From positions 576,001 to 640,000 of the forward strand of contig JBGANV010000002.1 in the NCBI GenBank assembly GCA_044222185.1: a DNA stretch of 64,000 nt. The letters run 5' to 3'. A model generated the notes under the pieces. It made no database searches, was not told where the DNA came from, and saw only the letters and a program-made list of their open reading frames with translations. Origin of the DNA: Planctomycetota bacterium (GTDB taxonomy: Bacteria > Planctomycetota > GCA-002687715 > CAIWVZ01). The translations under genes were made by a program, and so were the position numbers. This document shows, one piece after another, positions 19,926 through 29,404 of the stretch (the stretch's first letter is position 1; each line of letters begins with the position of its first letter).

Positions 19926-22900
19926 TCACGGGAGGGCCGCGATGAGCTTCAGATAGCGCAGTTCCGTGCGGGCGGCGTCGTCTTGGATCGGCACCACGGG
20001 CAGCGCCGAGAAATCGAATCGGTCGCAGCGCGTCGGGTCCTCCAGGAACCAGACGAGCTTGTTGCGGAGGTCCTCCGCGCTGCCCAGGTAGAAATGGAGC
20101 CCCGTCTGACCTTCGAGTACGTACTCGGCGAGGCCTCCCTGATCCGACGCGATGACCGGCACCCGTGCGAGCGCCGCCTCGTGGACCGTGAGCGGGGCGT
20201 TCTCGTACCAGAGCGAAGGCACCACGAGCACGTCGATCTGCGCCAGGATCGACTGGACGTCGTGATTGGGGAAGTGCCCCATGAATTGCGTTCGCGGGTT
20301 CCGGTTCAGGCGCGTGATCAGATCCGTGTACTCGACGAAGGCGCGGAGGTCGCCCCAGATCCTGCACTCGGCCCGCGTGTCCTCCGCGAGGCTGTTCATG
20401 GCCTCGATCAGCACGTGGATGCCCTTGTGCTCGCCTATGGTCCCGATGAAGCCGAACCGGACGACCGGTCCGCGCGTCCGAGCCGGGACGTCGCTGAATC
20501 GCGACGTGTCCTGACCGTTGTCGGAGACGATGATCCGATCGCTCGGGATGAACCCCGCGTCGACCATCGTCTTCGCGAGGAAGTGGCTGGGCGAGACGAA
20601 GAGGTCCACGAACTTCGCCGCGTTGCGCCAGGCCTCGATCCGCGACGCAGCCGCGCTCACGTAGAGCTGCGGAGCGAGCTCACCCGCGGGAGTGGGCGGA
20701 GCGACGGGCGCGATTCCCGCATTCACGCGACGGACGACCTCTTGAAGACGGGGCTCGATCCGCGACGTCGCTCCGATGGCGTGCCGAGAGGGGACGTGGT
20801 GAAGATCCAGCGGGAAGTGGCGGATGCAGTCGGCGCACTTCTCGGGGATCGGCTCCAGGCACAGTTCGCCGTCGGCGCGACGGAGCGTCCCGTCCCGTGC
20901 GCACAGGAGCGAGTAGTCGTGGAGCGTGTAGACGATCGGCAGCTCGCGCGCGTGTGCGATCGCGAGGAAGTTGGCGGAGAAGTAGTGCAGGTGCTGGACG
21001 TGCACGAGATCGGGTTTCTCCTCGTCGAGGACGCGCTCGAAGATGGCGTCCATCCGGGGGCAGTCGTAGGTCTCCTCGAACGAGTCCCAGCGGTAGTTGT
21101 GCACGATCTCGTGGATTCGAATCCCATCGAACTCGCGCCGGAGGTGCTCGTACGGGTTCATGTCGTGATGGGCTTCGCAGGTGAGGATCACGACGTCGTG
21201 GCCGCGCGCGCGCATCTCGCGGGCGAGCAGGTAGGTGTACAGCTCCGTCCCCGCCACGTGCCGGGGGAGGAACTGATGCAACACGTAGAGGAGTTTCAGG
21301 CGACCGACGCGCGGTTGCGTCGCTCCGCCGCCCCACAGCGTCTTCTTCACGCGTGAGAGCAGCGACGGCTCGGGGCTCGCGCTCGACGAGAGGTCGACGG
21401 GCGGGCGCATCGAGGGATCGGAGGATTGCGGGACCGGGAGAGCGCGGACGATGTCCACGATGATGCCGTCACGGATGGCGAGCTGGCGCTGGTGTTCCGA
21501 TTCGAGTTCAGCCAGCTTCTGGTCGCGCGCGGCGGACTCGGCTCGCGCCGCGGCGAGCTGCGCGGCGGCCTCGTTGCGGACCTCGGCCTCGCGCGCCCGC
21601 GCCTCCGCTTGCAGCCGGGCTTCCGACTCGCGTGCCTCGGCTCGCAGGCGCGCCGCGCGTTCCTCGGCCTCGACGCGCCCCATCGCGAGGCGCGCCTCGG
21701 CGTCCGTGGAGATCCGAGCCGCGAGGGCGGCCGCTTCGGCGGCGTGTTTCTCCTCCCGCTCGGAGGCCGCCGCGACGAGGAGGTTGTACTCGAGATGCGC
21801 GTCGCCGAGGTCGCCGAGCAGCCGTCGGACGAGGGTCTCGGATTCGGTCAGCCGCGCGGTCAGGTCGGCCTGGCTCGTCGAGGATTCGCCGCGCAGGGCT
21901 CCGAGCGCTTCGTTCAGGCCGGCGATGACCTTGTCCTTCTCCACGTGGAAGCGCTGCATCTCCTCCATCGTCTGGGACGCGCGTTGGACGTCGGATGTGA
22001 GGTTGCGCACCTCGCCAGCGATGAAATCGAGCCTGCGCGTCCGCGCCTCGACCTGCAGCGACCGCCACCGTGCGCGACGTGAACGGAGGGTTGCGGGCGA
22101 TTTCGGCAGCGGAGACTGGAGCGCCAGCACTTCACGGTAGATGTCGACGATCGAGCGCGTGTGCGATTGGAAGCTCTTCAGGTTCGGGATGGCCTGCCGC
22201 CAGCGGCCGACCGTGGACGGGTCCCTGATCACCTGGGCGAGCACTCGGGCCAGGTCCCGGGCATTTTCGGGTTCGAAGGTGGCACCCGCGCGACCGATCC
22301 GCTCGCCGAGCGCCCCGCGCGAGGGAACGATCGCGGGCATCCCCATCTGGAACGCCTCGTCGAGCACGAACGAGTACGACTCGCTGCACCGCGTCGGGAT
22401 GATCGCCACGTCCATGCGCGTGTCCGGCAGGTCCGTGGGCGTGAAGAGCCCGTGCATCGTGACCGGTCCGCGGGCGACGAGTTCGTCGACGCGCGCCCTC
22501 TCGTCCGGATAGACGACGGGGCCGAAAACGTGGAAGTGGGCGCGCGCCTTCAACTCGCCGGGGAGTGATGCCACGGCTTCGAGGAGGATGTCGATGCCCT
22601 TCAGGAACGAGAGGTTTCCCCAATGGCCGAAGTGGATCAGTCCGTCGCTCGGCGCAGCCGATGCGGGCCGCAGGTCGGTGATGCTCCCGTGGGGGACGAC
22701 TCGCAGTGAGCCCGTCACGTCCGGGTGGTGCTTGTGGATCACGCTGCGGTGCGCGGCGGAAGGCACGATCACGCGGCGCGTGAGTCGGACCTCGTTGCGC
22801 AGGTCTTCGCGGAACAGCTCGAGCCCTTCGGCGTTCTCCGCGTCGTCGGCCTCGAACGCGCGGGGCGCGCAGTCGTGGCAGGACGCGGCGCCGGCGGGAC

Positions 22901-23336
22901 GGTCGCAAAGCGACCAGTTGCGGACGCGGAACGCGATGGGGCACGTGGTCCACAGGTCATGGAGCGTGCAGACGGTAGGGATGCCGCGATCGTGGAACAG
23001 CTCGACCAGGTGCCGCGTGAGTCGGATCCAGTGGTGGATGTGCACGAGTTCGGGCTTGAACCGCGCCACGATCTGGTCGACGAGGTGCTCGATCTCCGGT
23101 GCGTACGACTTGTCCCAGTTGTCGACGTAGAGGCTGCTGCGGTGCAGGCGGTGCACGGTGATGCCGGCATGATCGAATGTCTCGATCACATCCGTCGGTC
23201 GGCCTTCGTGGGTCCCCGTCAGCACCTCGACGTGATGGCGGAGCGTCCGCAGCTCCCGAACGAGACGGAAAACGTACGACTCCGTCCCGCCCGAGCACTC
23301 CGGCGGAAAACCATGAACGACCTGCAGCACTCTCAT
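19926..23336 (-). CDS. double GT4 glycosyltransferase with a long coiled-coil linker
   Basis: Two complete GT4 units (VHGFPPECSGGTE...ESYSFVLDEA; LHQFLPRHVAGTE...ENAPLTVHEA) separated by a ~200-aa A/E/R-rich helix. Confidence 0.9.
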   Translation of the reverse strand: MRVLQVVHGFPPECSGGTESYVFRLVRELRTLRHHVEVLTGTHEGRPTDVIETFDHAGITVHRLHRSSLYVDNWDKSYAPEIEHLVDQIVARFKPELVHIHHWIRLTRHLVELFHDRGIPTVCTLHDLWTTCPIAFRVRNWSLCDRPAGAASCHDCAPRAFEADDAENAEGLELFREDLRNEVRLTRRVIVPSAAHRSVIHKHHPDVTGSLRVVPHGSITDLRPASAAPSDGLIHFGHWGNLSFLKGIDILLEAVASLPGELKARAHFHVFGPVVYPDERARVDELVARGPVTMHGLFTPTDLPDTRMDVAIIPTRCSESYSFVLDEAFQMGMPAIVPSRGALGERIGRAGATFEPENARDLARVLAQVIRDPSTVGRWRQAIPNLKSFQSHTRSIVDIYREVLALQSPLPKSPATLRSRRARWRSLQVEARTRRLDFIAGEVRNLTSDVQRASQTMEEMQRFHVEKDKVIAGLNEALGALRGESSTSQADLTARLTESETLVRRLLGDLGDAHLEYNLLVAAASEREEKHAAEAAALAARISTDAEARLAMGRVEAEERAARLRAEARESEARLQAEARAREAEVRNEAAAQLAAARAESAARDQKLAELESEHQRQLAIRDGIIVDIVRALPVPQSSDPSMRPPVDLSSSASPEPSLLSRVKKTLWGGGATQPRVGRLKLLYVLHQFLPRHVAGTELYTYLLAREMRARGHDVVILTCEAHHDMNPYEHLRREFDGIRIHEIVHNYRWDSFEETYDCPRMDAIFERVLDEEKPDLVHVQHLHYFSANFLAIAHARELPIVYTLHDYSLLCARDGTLRRADGELCLEPIPEKCADCIRHFPLDLHHVPSRHAIGATSRIEPRLQEVVRRVNAGIAPVAPPTPAGELAPQLYVSAAASRIEAWRNAAKFVDLFVSPSHFLAKTMVDAGFIPSDRIIVSDNGQDTSRFSDVPARTRGPVVRFGFIGTIGEHKGIHVLIEAMNSLAEDTRAECRIWGDLRAFVEYTDLITRLNRNPRTQFMGHFPNHDVQSILAQIDVLVVPSLWYENAPLTVHEAALARVPVIASDQGGLAEYVLEGQTGLHFYLGSAEDLRNKLVWFLEDPTRCDRFDFSALPVVPIQDDAARTELRYLKLIAALP

Positions 23337-23398
23337 CGGGCCAGGATCCTGTCGTGAGGGCCGGAAGTGTAACGCATCGCTGCGTCCGTTCGCCGCCC

Positions 23399-23736
23399 GG
23401 AGCGCCAGGTTCCACCTGGCCGGACCGGCGGGGCTCCGCCCCGCCGCGAACGTCGTACGGCCTTGGTTCACGCCGGTGTGGCGAACGACGTGAGGTTGCC
23501 GATCGAGGCGGGTCCGGAGGCCCCGCCATCCGGCCGCGAAGATCGCGGCGGCGTGAGTTGGCCTGCGGGAGCGCCAGGTTCCACCTGGCCGGACCGGCGG
23601 GGCTCTGCCCCGCCGCGAACGTCGTACGGCGAAGGAGATCGCAACGCGCGTCGTACGGCGTTGGTTCACGCCGGTGTGACGAACGACGTGAGGTTGCCGA
23701 TCGAGGCGGGTCCGGAGGCCCCGCCATCCGGCCGCG
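23399..23736. repeat. intergenic direct repeat (140 bp and 169 bp copies) of REP-like multi-hairpin units
   Basis: Copies at 23399-23538 and 23568-23736 are near-identical; the second has a 29-bp insertion. Each starts with GGAGC plus the hairpin GCCAGG-TTCCA-CCTGGC. Confidence 0.9.
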
Positions 23737-23750
23737 GGGCGCGGCGGCGT

Positions 23751-26700
23751 CTACTTCGACCCGCTTCGCTTCGTCGTCGGGGCCGATTCGGGCTCGTTCG
23801 ACTTCCACGCCTTGCGGAAGACGATGCCGTCGCCGGCATATCGGGCTCGGGTGTTGCGGAAGAGAACGGTGAGATCGCCTTCCTTCTTCGCCGCCGGCAT
23901 CCCGACGCCGAGGAGGTTGATCGTCGTCTCCTCGCCGGGCAGCACGCCGTGTTCGAGGAACCGGTTCGTGACGTTCTTCTCGCGCTGGGTCTCGTGGAGC
24001 TTTCCGTCGGGGCCGATGAAGCGAACGCACAGCTCGACGGAGCCGGCGCACCAGCCGCCGTACCACGGTTGCGGTCCATCGTTGCGCAGCCGGAGGGACA
24101 TGGAGAACCAGTCACCGGGCTTGATGTACTCCGGCACCTTGTGGTCGAGCACCGTGAATTTGAGCTTGGACCCGTCGACGTCGCGCGGCCACGCCAGCTC
24201 TTCGCGCCGGCGCGCCACGAGCGACTTGTCCATGGGGATCGTCGCGAGCTTCTCGATCTCGTCGAGGACGCTGCGGGCCTTGGCGACGACGGCGGCGGCA
24301 TCGGGTCCGGCCGCGGCGAAATGAAGCGCGCGCGCCATGCGGAAGCGGGCGCCGACGTTCTTCAGGGTGCCACGCGCGAGCGCCGACTCGTACTTCTCGA
24401 CGGCGGCGAGCCACTGGCCGTTCAGGAGCTTGTCGTCCGCCGCCATCTCGTCGTCCTGGGCGCTGAGGTTCTTGTCGAGATCGGCTGGCGTCATGACCAG
24501 CGCGAGCGCGGCGCGGGCCCGGTCGCGGATGTCCTCCTCCTCGTTGCGCGCGAGCCGCAGGAGGATGAGCTTGGCGTCCTCGGACTCGTCGTTGCGCATG
24601 GCGTCGACGATCGCGCGGTTGACCTCGGGATGGCGGTAAGGCTCTTCGAAGACGCGATCTCGCAGGATGCGCGTCGGCGGCGGAAGCTTGTCGTTGTGCG
24701 CCGCCTCGACCATCACGCGCATGCGCGGCAGGCTGAGGATCGTCTCCCGCAGCGGGCGCCCGAACTTCACGCTCATGAGGTCCATGTAGAACCAATCCAG
24801 CGCCTTCGGACTGCCGAGGCGAATCAGGCTCCACCCCACGTCGCTCTTGTTGGGGAGCTGGGGCGCATCGACGGCGGCTTCGAGAAGCTCCTTGCCCGCG
24901 TCGTCGCCGATGGCGGCGAGCGCCGTGCAGGCGAGCAGCGTGGACTCGCCGCCCTGCTTCAGTTGACGCTTGAACAGGTCGGCGAATCGTGGACTCTCGC
25001 GGCGGGCGAGGGCCGACAGCACGGCGATCTTCGTGAGGCCTTTCAGCTTGGGATAGACCTCGGCGAGTCGGTCGAATACCGCGTCCATCTGCTCCATGGA
25101 GATCGACGCCAGCGTCTTCGGTTGCAGCTCGCCGTAGGAGTTGAAGAGGTGCTGGTAGATCTGCTCGGCCGCGGGCCGCGCGACCTTCTGGTCGGGATCG
25201 GTGATCTTGCCCAGGAGCGATTCGATCTCGTCCTTCACGGGACGGCTCTCGGCCGCGGCCGTGCCGAAGTAGGTGTCGATGGTCTTGTCCCAGGCCTCGA
25301 GCCAGCCGCGGAGCGTGCCTTCGTCCGCCTCGCCGCGGCCGATCAGCGATTGTCGCTCGCGCGCGTCGCGGTCCAGGTCGTACAGCTCGAAGGTGTTCTC
25401 CTGCACGCGGTAGATGAGCTTCCGCCGGCCGAAGATCACCGCGCGGCGGTCCTTCACGTGCTGCTCGGAGCGGATTCCGAAGACCTCCGAGTAGACGATG
25501 CCGCCTTCCTTCTCGTCACTCCCGAACATGAGCGGAAGCAGCGAGCGCCCCAAGCGGCGGACGGGATCTTTCACCGCGAGCAACTCGGTCATCGTCGGCA
25601 CGAGATCCATGAGCGAGACGTTCGTCTTGACGCGATGGCCCTTGATGCCCGGGATCCGGATCAGCAGCGGAACGTGGATCTGCTCTTCGTAGACCGTGGT
25701 TCCGTGCGTCGTGAAGCCGTGTTCGTTGAACTCCTCGCCGTGGTCGGCGAACAGCACGATGATCGTGTCCTTCAGTCGATCCTGCGCCGCGAGCTCGTCG
25801 AGAATGCGGCCAGCCGCGTGGTCCGAGAACGCGACCTCGCTGTCGTACTCGTCGATGTTCTCCTTGCCGAAGTCGAATTCGGGATGGCGAACGTAAGGCG
25901 CGTGGGGATCGATGAGGTGCGACCAGAGGAAGAAGGGCTTCGCCTTGTCGGCCAGATGACCGCGCAGGACCTTGATCGTCGAGTCGGCGATGTAGGCCCC
26001 GTCCGGAGCGGCGTCCGTCTGATCGGGATTGAAGACGTCGAACCCGTCCTTCAGATTGAGGAAGAGTCGGATGTTCTGCAGGTCGTCGCGATCGAACGAC
26101 GTGACCGCGCATGGCATGAACCCGGCCGTCTTCACGAGGGCCGGGAACGAGTGCAGCGGGTGGTACTCGTACGGCCGGTTGTACTTCTTGCCGAACACGA
26201 GGCTGATGCGGGCGGCCAGCGACGTCAACGTGGCCGAGAACGCGTAGTTGCTGGTCGGATACGGCGTGTACGCATGCTCGAACACGAACGCGTCTTCCGC
26301 GATGCGATCGAGTGTGGGCGTCGTCTTGCGCGGATAGCCGAGGAACCCGCAGTGATCACCCCGCAGCGTGTCGATCGCGAGCCACAGCACGTTGAGCTTG
26401 CGCCGATTGGGCAGGCGTTGGTCCAGCTCCTTCGCGATGTTGGCGCGGTCGGCGACGTTCATCGCCGTGCCGCCGGAGAGTTGCGGCGCGAGCCGGTTGA
26501 CGAGATCCGTCACGTTGACGGCCTCCGCCACCTCGGGCCCCTTGCGCCCGGCGACGCGCATGAGCGGCGCCGCCAGATCGGTGAGCTGGGCGAATCCCTG
26601 CGGGCGATTCGCCACGGCCTGGGCCGCGCGGTCCCACCCCTTCTTGAGCGGACCGACCTTGCGGCCGTGGATCGCGAGTTCGATTCCACCGAATGCCAGC

Positions 26701-27341
26701 AGAACGAGGATCGCCGTCACGATCCAGCTTCGGCCCGGATCGACCCGCGTGCGCGTCAGCGCCACGTGCGCGGCGAACACCAGCAGAGCGAACGCGAGCC
26801 CCGCGAGTTGGAGGTGCACGTCCAGGTAGAGCCCCGAGTACTTCGTCGCGTTCTGATGCAGCACGGCGCAGGCCAGGCCGACGAGCGGCAGCGCCAGCCA
26901 GCGGCGCGCGTCCATCCGTGAGAGGACGAGAACCCCGAACGCCGTGGCGATCGGGGCCACGATGCGGAATCCCCACTCCAGCGCCGGCCGGTACGGCTTG
27001 TCGTGGATGCCGCCGCCGGAGAAGAGGCCCAGGTTCAGCCATTCGACGGCGACGGCGGCGAGGATCGCGAGCACCCACGCGGTCCCGCTCGCGCGCCAGC
27101 GCAAGCGCCCGAGCGCGGCGTCGATCACGGCGAGCGCGAGTGCGGCGACGAGTCCGATCGCCGTGATCTCACCGGCGATCTGGAGGACGTACGCGGAAAG
27201 CTCGGACCCGCCGCGCAGCGGCTGCCCCGGTCGGAACTTCAGTCCGATGAATCCGTCGAGCAGGCTGAACAGAAGTCCGCCGAGGAGGATCGGGGCGACG
27301 CACCGAAGCCCGCGTCGAGGCTCGTCGGCAAACAGCTTCAT
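23751..27341 (-). CDS. membrane-anchored sulfatase-like hydrolase/transferase with HEAT/TPR-like repeats and a C-terminal Ig-like domain
   Basis: N-terminal TM block; IDTLRGDH, HLIDPHAPY, ADHGEEF..HG motifs; ATGA-coupled to the upstream gene. Confidence 0.85.
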   Translation of the reverse strand: MKLFADEPRRGLRCVAPILLGGLLFSLLDGFIGLKFRPGQPLRGGSELSAYVLQIAGEITAIGLVAALALAVIDAALGRLRWRASGTAWVLAILAAVAVEWLNLGLFSGGGIHDKPYRPALEWGFRIVAPIATAFGVLVLSRMDARRWLALPLVGLACAVLHQNATKYSGLYLDVHLQLAGLAFALLVFAAHVALTRTRVDPGRSWIVTAILVLLAFGGIELAIHGRKVGPLKKGWDRAAQAVANRPQGFAQLTDLAAPLMRVAGRKGPEVAEAVNVTDLVNRLAPQLSGGTAMNVADRANIAKELDQRLPNRRKLNVLWLAIDTLRGDHCGFLGYPRKTTPTLDRIAEDAFVFEHAYTPYPTSNYAFSATLTSLAARISLVFGKKYNRPYEYHPLHSFPALVKTAGFMPCAVTSFDRDDLQNIRLFLNLKDGFDVFNPDQTDAAPDGAYIADSTIKVLRGHLADKAKPFFLWSHLIDPHAPYVRHPEFDFGKENIDEYDSEVAFSDHAAGRILDELAAQDRLKDTIIVLFADHGEEFNEHGFTTHGTTVYEEQIHVPLLIRIPGIKGHRVKTNVSLMDLVPTMTELLAVKDPVRRLGRSLLPLMFGSDEKEGGIVYSEVFGIRSEQHVKDRRAVIFGRRKLIYRVQENTFELYDLDRDARERQSLIGRGEADEGTLRGWLEAWDKTIDTYFGTAAAESRPVKDEIESLLGKITDPDQKVARPAAEQIYQHLFNSYGELQPKTLASISMEQMDAVFDRLAEVYPKLKGLTKIAVLSALARRESPRFADLFKRQLKQGGESTLLACTALAAIGDDAGKELLEAAVDAPQLPNKSDVGWSLIRLGSPKALDWFYMDLMSVKFGRPLRETILSLPRMRVMVEAAHNDKLPPPTRILRDRVFEEPYRHPEVNRAIVDAMRNDESEDAKLILLRLARNEEEDIRDRARAALALVMTPADLDKNLSAQDDEMAADDKLLNGQWLAAVEKYESALARGTLKNVGARFRMARALHFAAAGPDAAAVVAKARSVLDEIEKLATIPMDKSLVARRREELAWPRDVDGSKLKFTVLDHKVPEYIKPGDWFSMSLRLRNDGPQPWYGGWCAGSVELCVRFIGPDGKLHETQREKNVTNRFLEHGVLPGEETTINLLGVGMPAAKKEGDLTVLFRNTRARYAGDGIVFRKAWKSNEPESAPTTKRSGSK

Positions 27342-29392
27342 TTGGGTCTCGAGAGTCTGTCGACGGGGCACCGCCACATCTCGTGCGTGTCGTGGCCTCG
27401 GAGGATGTAGACGTACGTCTGGGCCTGGCCTTCGGCCTTCGGGTCGATGGACTTGGGGACGGACTCGACGACGATCCGATTCCCCTGAACCGAGGCCGAA
27501 TCGGGCAGGTCCACGAGTCGCTCGAACGTGCGCGTCGCGAGATCGAGCACGCCGAAATCCCGCGTGATCCCGCCGCGAACGATGAACGCGCTTCCCTTCG
27601 CCCCGTGCTTCATGGCGCAGGTGACCATTCCACCGTCCCACGAGATTGGGAACGGGAGCGTGGCGAACTTCGACCACGCGGATGTCGCCACGTCGAACTT
27701 CCAGACGGTCGCGTCGGGGATGGCGTAGACGTCCGTCCCGTCGGTGAACAACCCCGTGCCCACCTTGCCGACGGGCGTCGCCTCGTCGGGGAGCGGCGGT
27801 GCGACGGACCAGTTCTTCGTCGCGAGGTCGAACTTCCAGAACTCGCGAGTGCCGGCCCCACGCAGCGCCCAGAGCGACGTTCCCAACGCGACGAGCCGCG
27901 CCCCCTGGTCGACCTTCGCCGGTGCCGGCGCAAGCTCCTGGAACTTGCCGGACTCCAGCGTGATCACGCCGAAGAACGTGTCCTGGCCGGTGAAGTAGTA
28001 GATCCCGTCCTTGCCGGCGACGCCGGCAACGCCCGGCATGATCTTCTTGCCGAGCGGCGCGCCCGGGTAATCGGTCCACCGATCGCCGACGGCGTCGTAG
28101 CGGCGGATCTCCGCCTTGCGCATGACGAAGAACGACGGCGTGCCGCCGCCCGCCACCGCCGAATCCATCACGCCTTCGAGGCCGAGCGGTCCGGGGCGGC
28201 GTACGAGGCTCGACCCGTTCTGCTCGTGAAAGAGTTCCCACGGGCTGCTCACGTCCGCCGCGCGCGACGTGGCGCTGATCCGCTCGAGCTTGTCGAGGGG
28301 GATCCGCCACAGCGTGTTGCGCGGTCGCGGCAGGTAGACGTAGAGGAACTTGACGTCACCGACCTTCACGATGGCGGCGCGACTGCCCTCCACGGACGCC
28401 GGCTCGGGGAGGCGCGGCCGCAGGTAGTCGAACTTCTTCTTCGCGGGCTCGTAGACGCCGAGCGTCCGCGACGCCATGCCCTGGATCGCCCAGAGGAGGT
28501 GGGTCTCCGCATCGAAGGCGAAGCCGCCTCCGTCGCAGTTGGGGCGAAAGCCCATGGACGTCCACGTGCCCTTGCCCCAGCTTTGCGTCTTCGTGTCGAA
28601 GCGCTGCACGTGGTGATCGGGCCACGCGAAGATCGCGCCCGCGTCGCCCACGAGGAACCCCGTCGTGATGCCGCACGCCACGACCTTCACGTCGGGCAGT
28701 CCCACGTTCGTGAGCGTCGCCCACGCGTTCGTGGCCGGGTCGTACTTCCAGAACGTGAGCCGCTTCTTTCCCTGGAGCGCGTAGACCTTGCCACCCTCGA
28801 TCGCGAGGAAGCCTCCGCGGCCCACCGTGTCGGGCGCGCCCGCGACTTCCGCCACCTCGTCGGTCGCGAGCGAGTACTTCCAGAACCCACGGGATGAGCC
28901 GCGCAGGATGTAGATCACGTCCTGCGCCGCATCGAACGCCGCGGACGCACCCTCGCCGATCAAGGCCGGCATCTTCGCGTTGCGCGTCGACCAGCGGCTC
29001 GTCGCGGGATCGAACACGGCGATGCGCATGCCGTCGAAGAGCCAGAGCTTCTGATGAGCCTGGATCATGACGGCCGGTTCGGAGGGCGCCGGGTCCAGGC
29101 CCGCGATCGCCTCCCACGCCGTACCCGTCACGACGGGGACGTCGGTGCCGACGGGGAACCGCTCCGGGGGGAGATCCTGCGGTCTCGGCGCAGCGGGCGT
29201 CTTCGGGGCGGGCTTGCCGGCTGGCTTCGTCGTCGTCGAACCCTTCGGCGCGGGGGCCTCCTGCGTTGCTCCGGCAGGCGCCGGCTCCGGCGGCCCCGCG
29301 TCCTTGCCGCATCCTGCGGTCGCCAGCGCGACCACGAGCGCGACGCCGAGTTGCGCCGTCAGGCCACCGTGCGTGGGTCGCGCGTTCGACAT
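27338..29392 (-). CDS. Kelch-like beta-propeller lipoprotein
   Basis: Lipobox LATAG-C; Pro-rich linker; many FWKYD..T..W / G.IY blade repeats. Confidence 0.8.
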   Translation of the reverse strand: MSNARPTHGGLTAQLGVALVVALATAGCGKDAGPPEPAPAGATQEAPAPKGSTTTKPAGKPAPKTPAAPRPQDLPPERFPVGTDVPVVTGTAWEAIAGLDPAPSEPAVMIQAHQKLWLFDGMRIAVFDPATSRWSTRNAKMPALIGEGASAAFDAAQDVIYILRGSSRGFWKYSLATDEVAEVAGAPDTVGRGGFLAIEGGKVYALQGKKRLTFWKYDPATNAWATLTNVGLPDVKVVACGITTGFLVGDAGAIFAWPDHHVQRFDTKTQSWGKGTWTSMGFRPNCDGGGFAFDAETHLLWAIQGMASRTLGVYEPAKKKFDYLRPRLPEPASVEGSRAAIVKVGDVKFLYVYLPRPRNTLWRIPLDKLERISATSRAADVSSPWELFHEQNGSSLVRRPGPLGLEGVMDSAVAGGGTPSFFVMRKAEIRRYDAVGDRWTDYPGAPLGKKIMPGVAGVAGKDGIYYFTGQDTFFGVITLESGKFQELAPAPAKVDQGARLVALGTSLWALRGAGTREFWKFDLATKNWSVAPPLPDEATPVGKVGTGLFTDGTDVYAIPDATVWKFDVATSAWSKFATLPFPISWDGGMVTCAMKHGAKGSAFIVRGGITRDFGVLDLATRTFERLVDLPDSASVQGNRIVVESVPKSIDPKAEGQAQTYVYILRGHDTHEMWRCPVDRLSRPK

Positions 29393-29404
29393 GATTCCGA
29401 TGCT

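Noticed and set aside
23399-23736. CRISPR mini-array, or N-terminal coding extension of the double GT (ORF track start 23669)
   Set aside because: The units are 140+ bp and only two are present; GT homology begins at ATG 23336.
23463-26921. Long antisense/alternate-frame ORFs (also 4198..6690, 43639..47109, 36317..39043, 58339..59973 and others)
   Set aside because: Shadow ORFs expected at high GC; Arg/Gly-rich, motif-free and overlapping well-supported genes.
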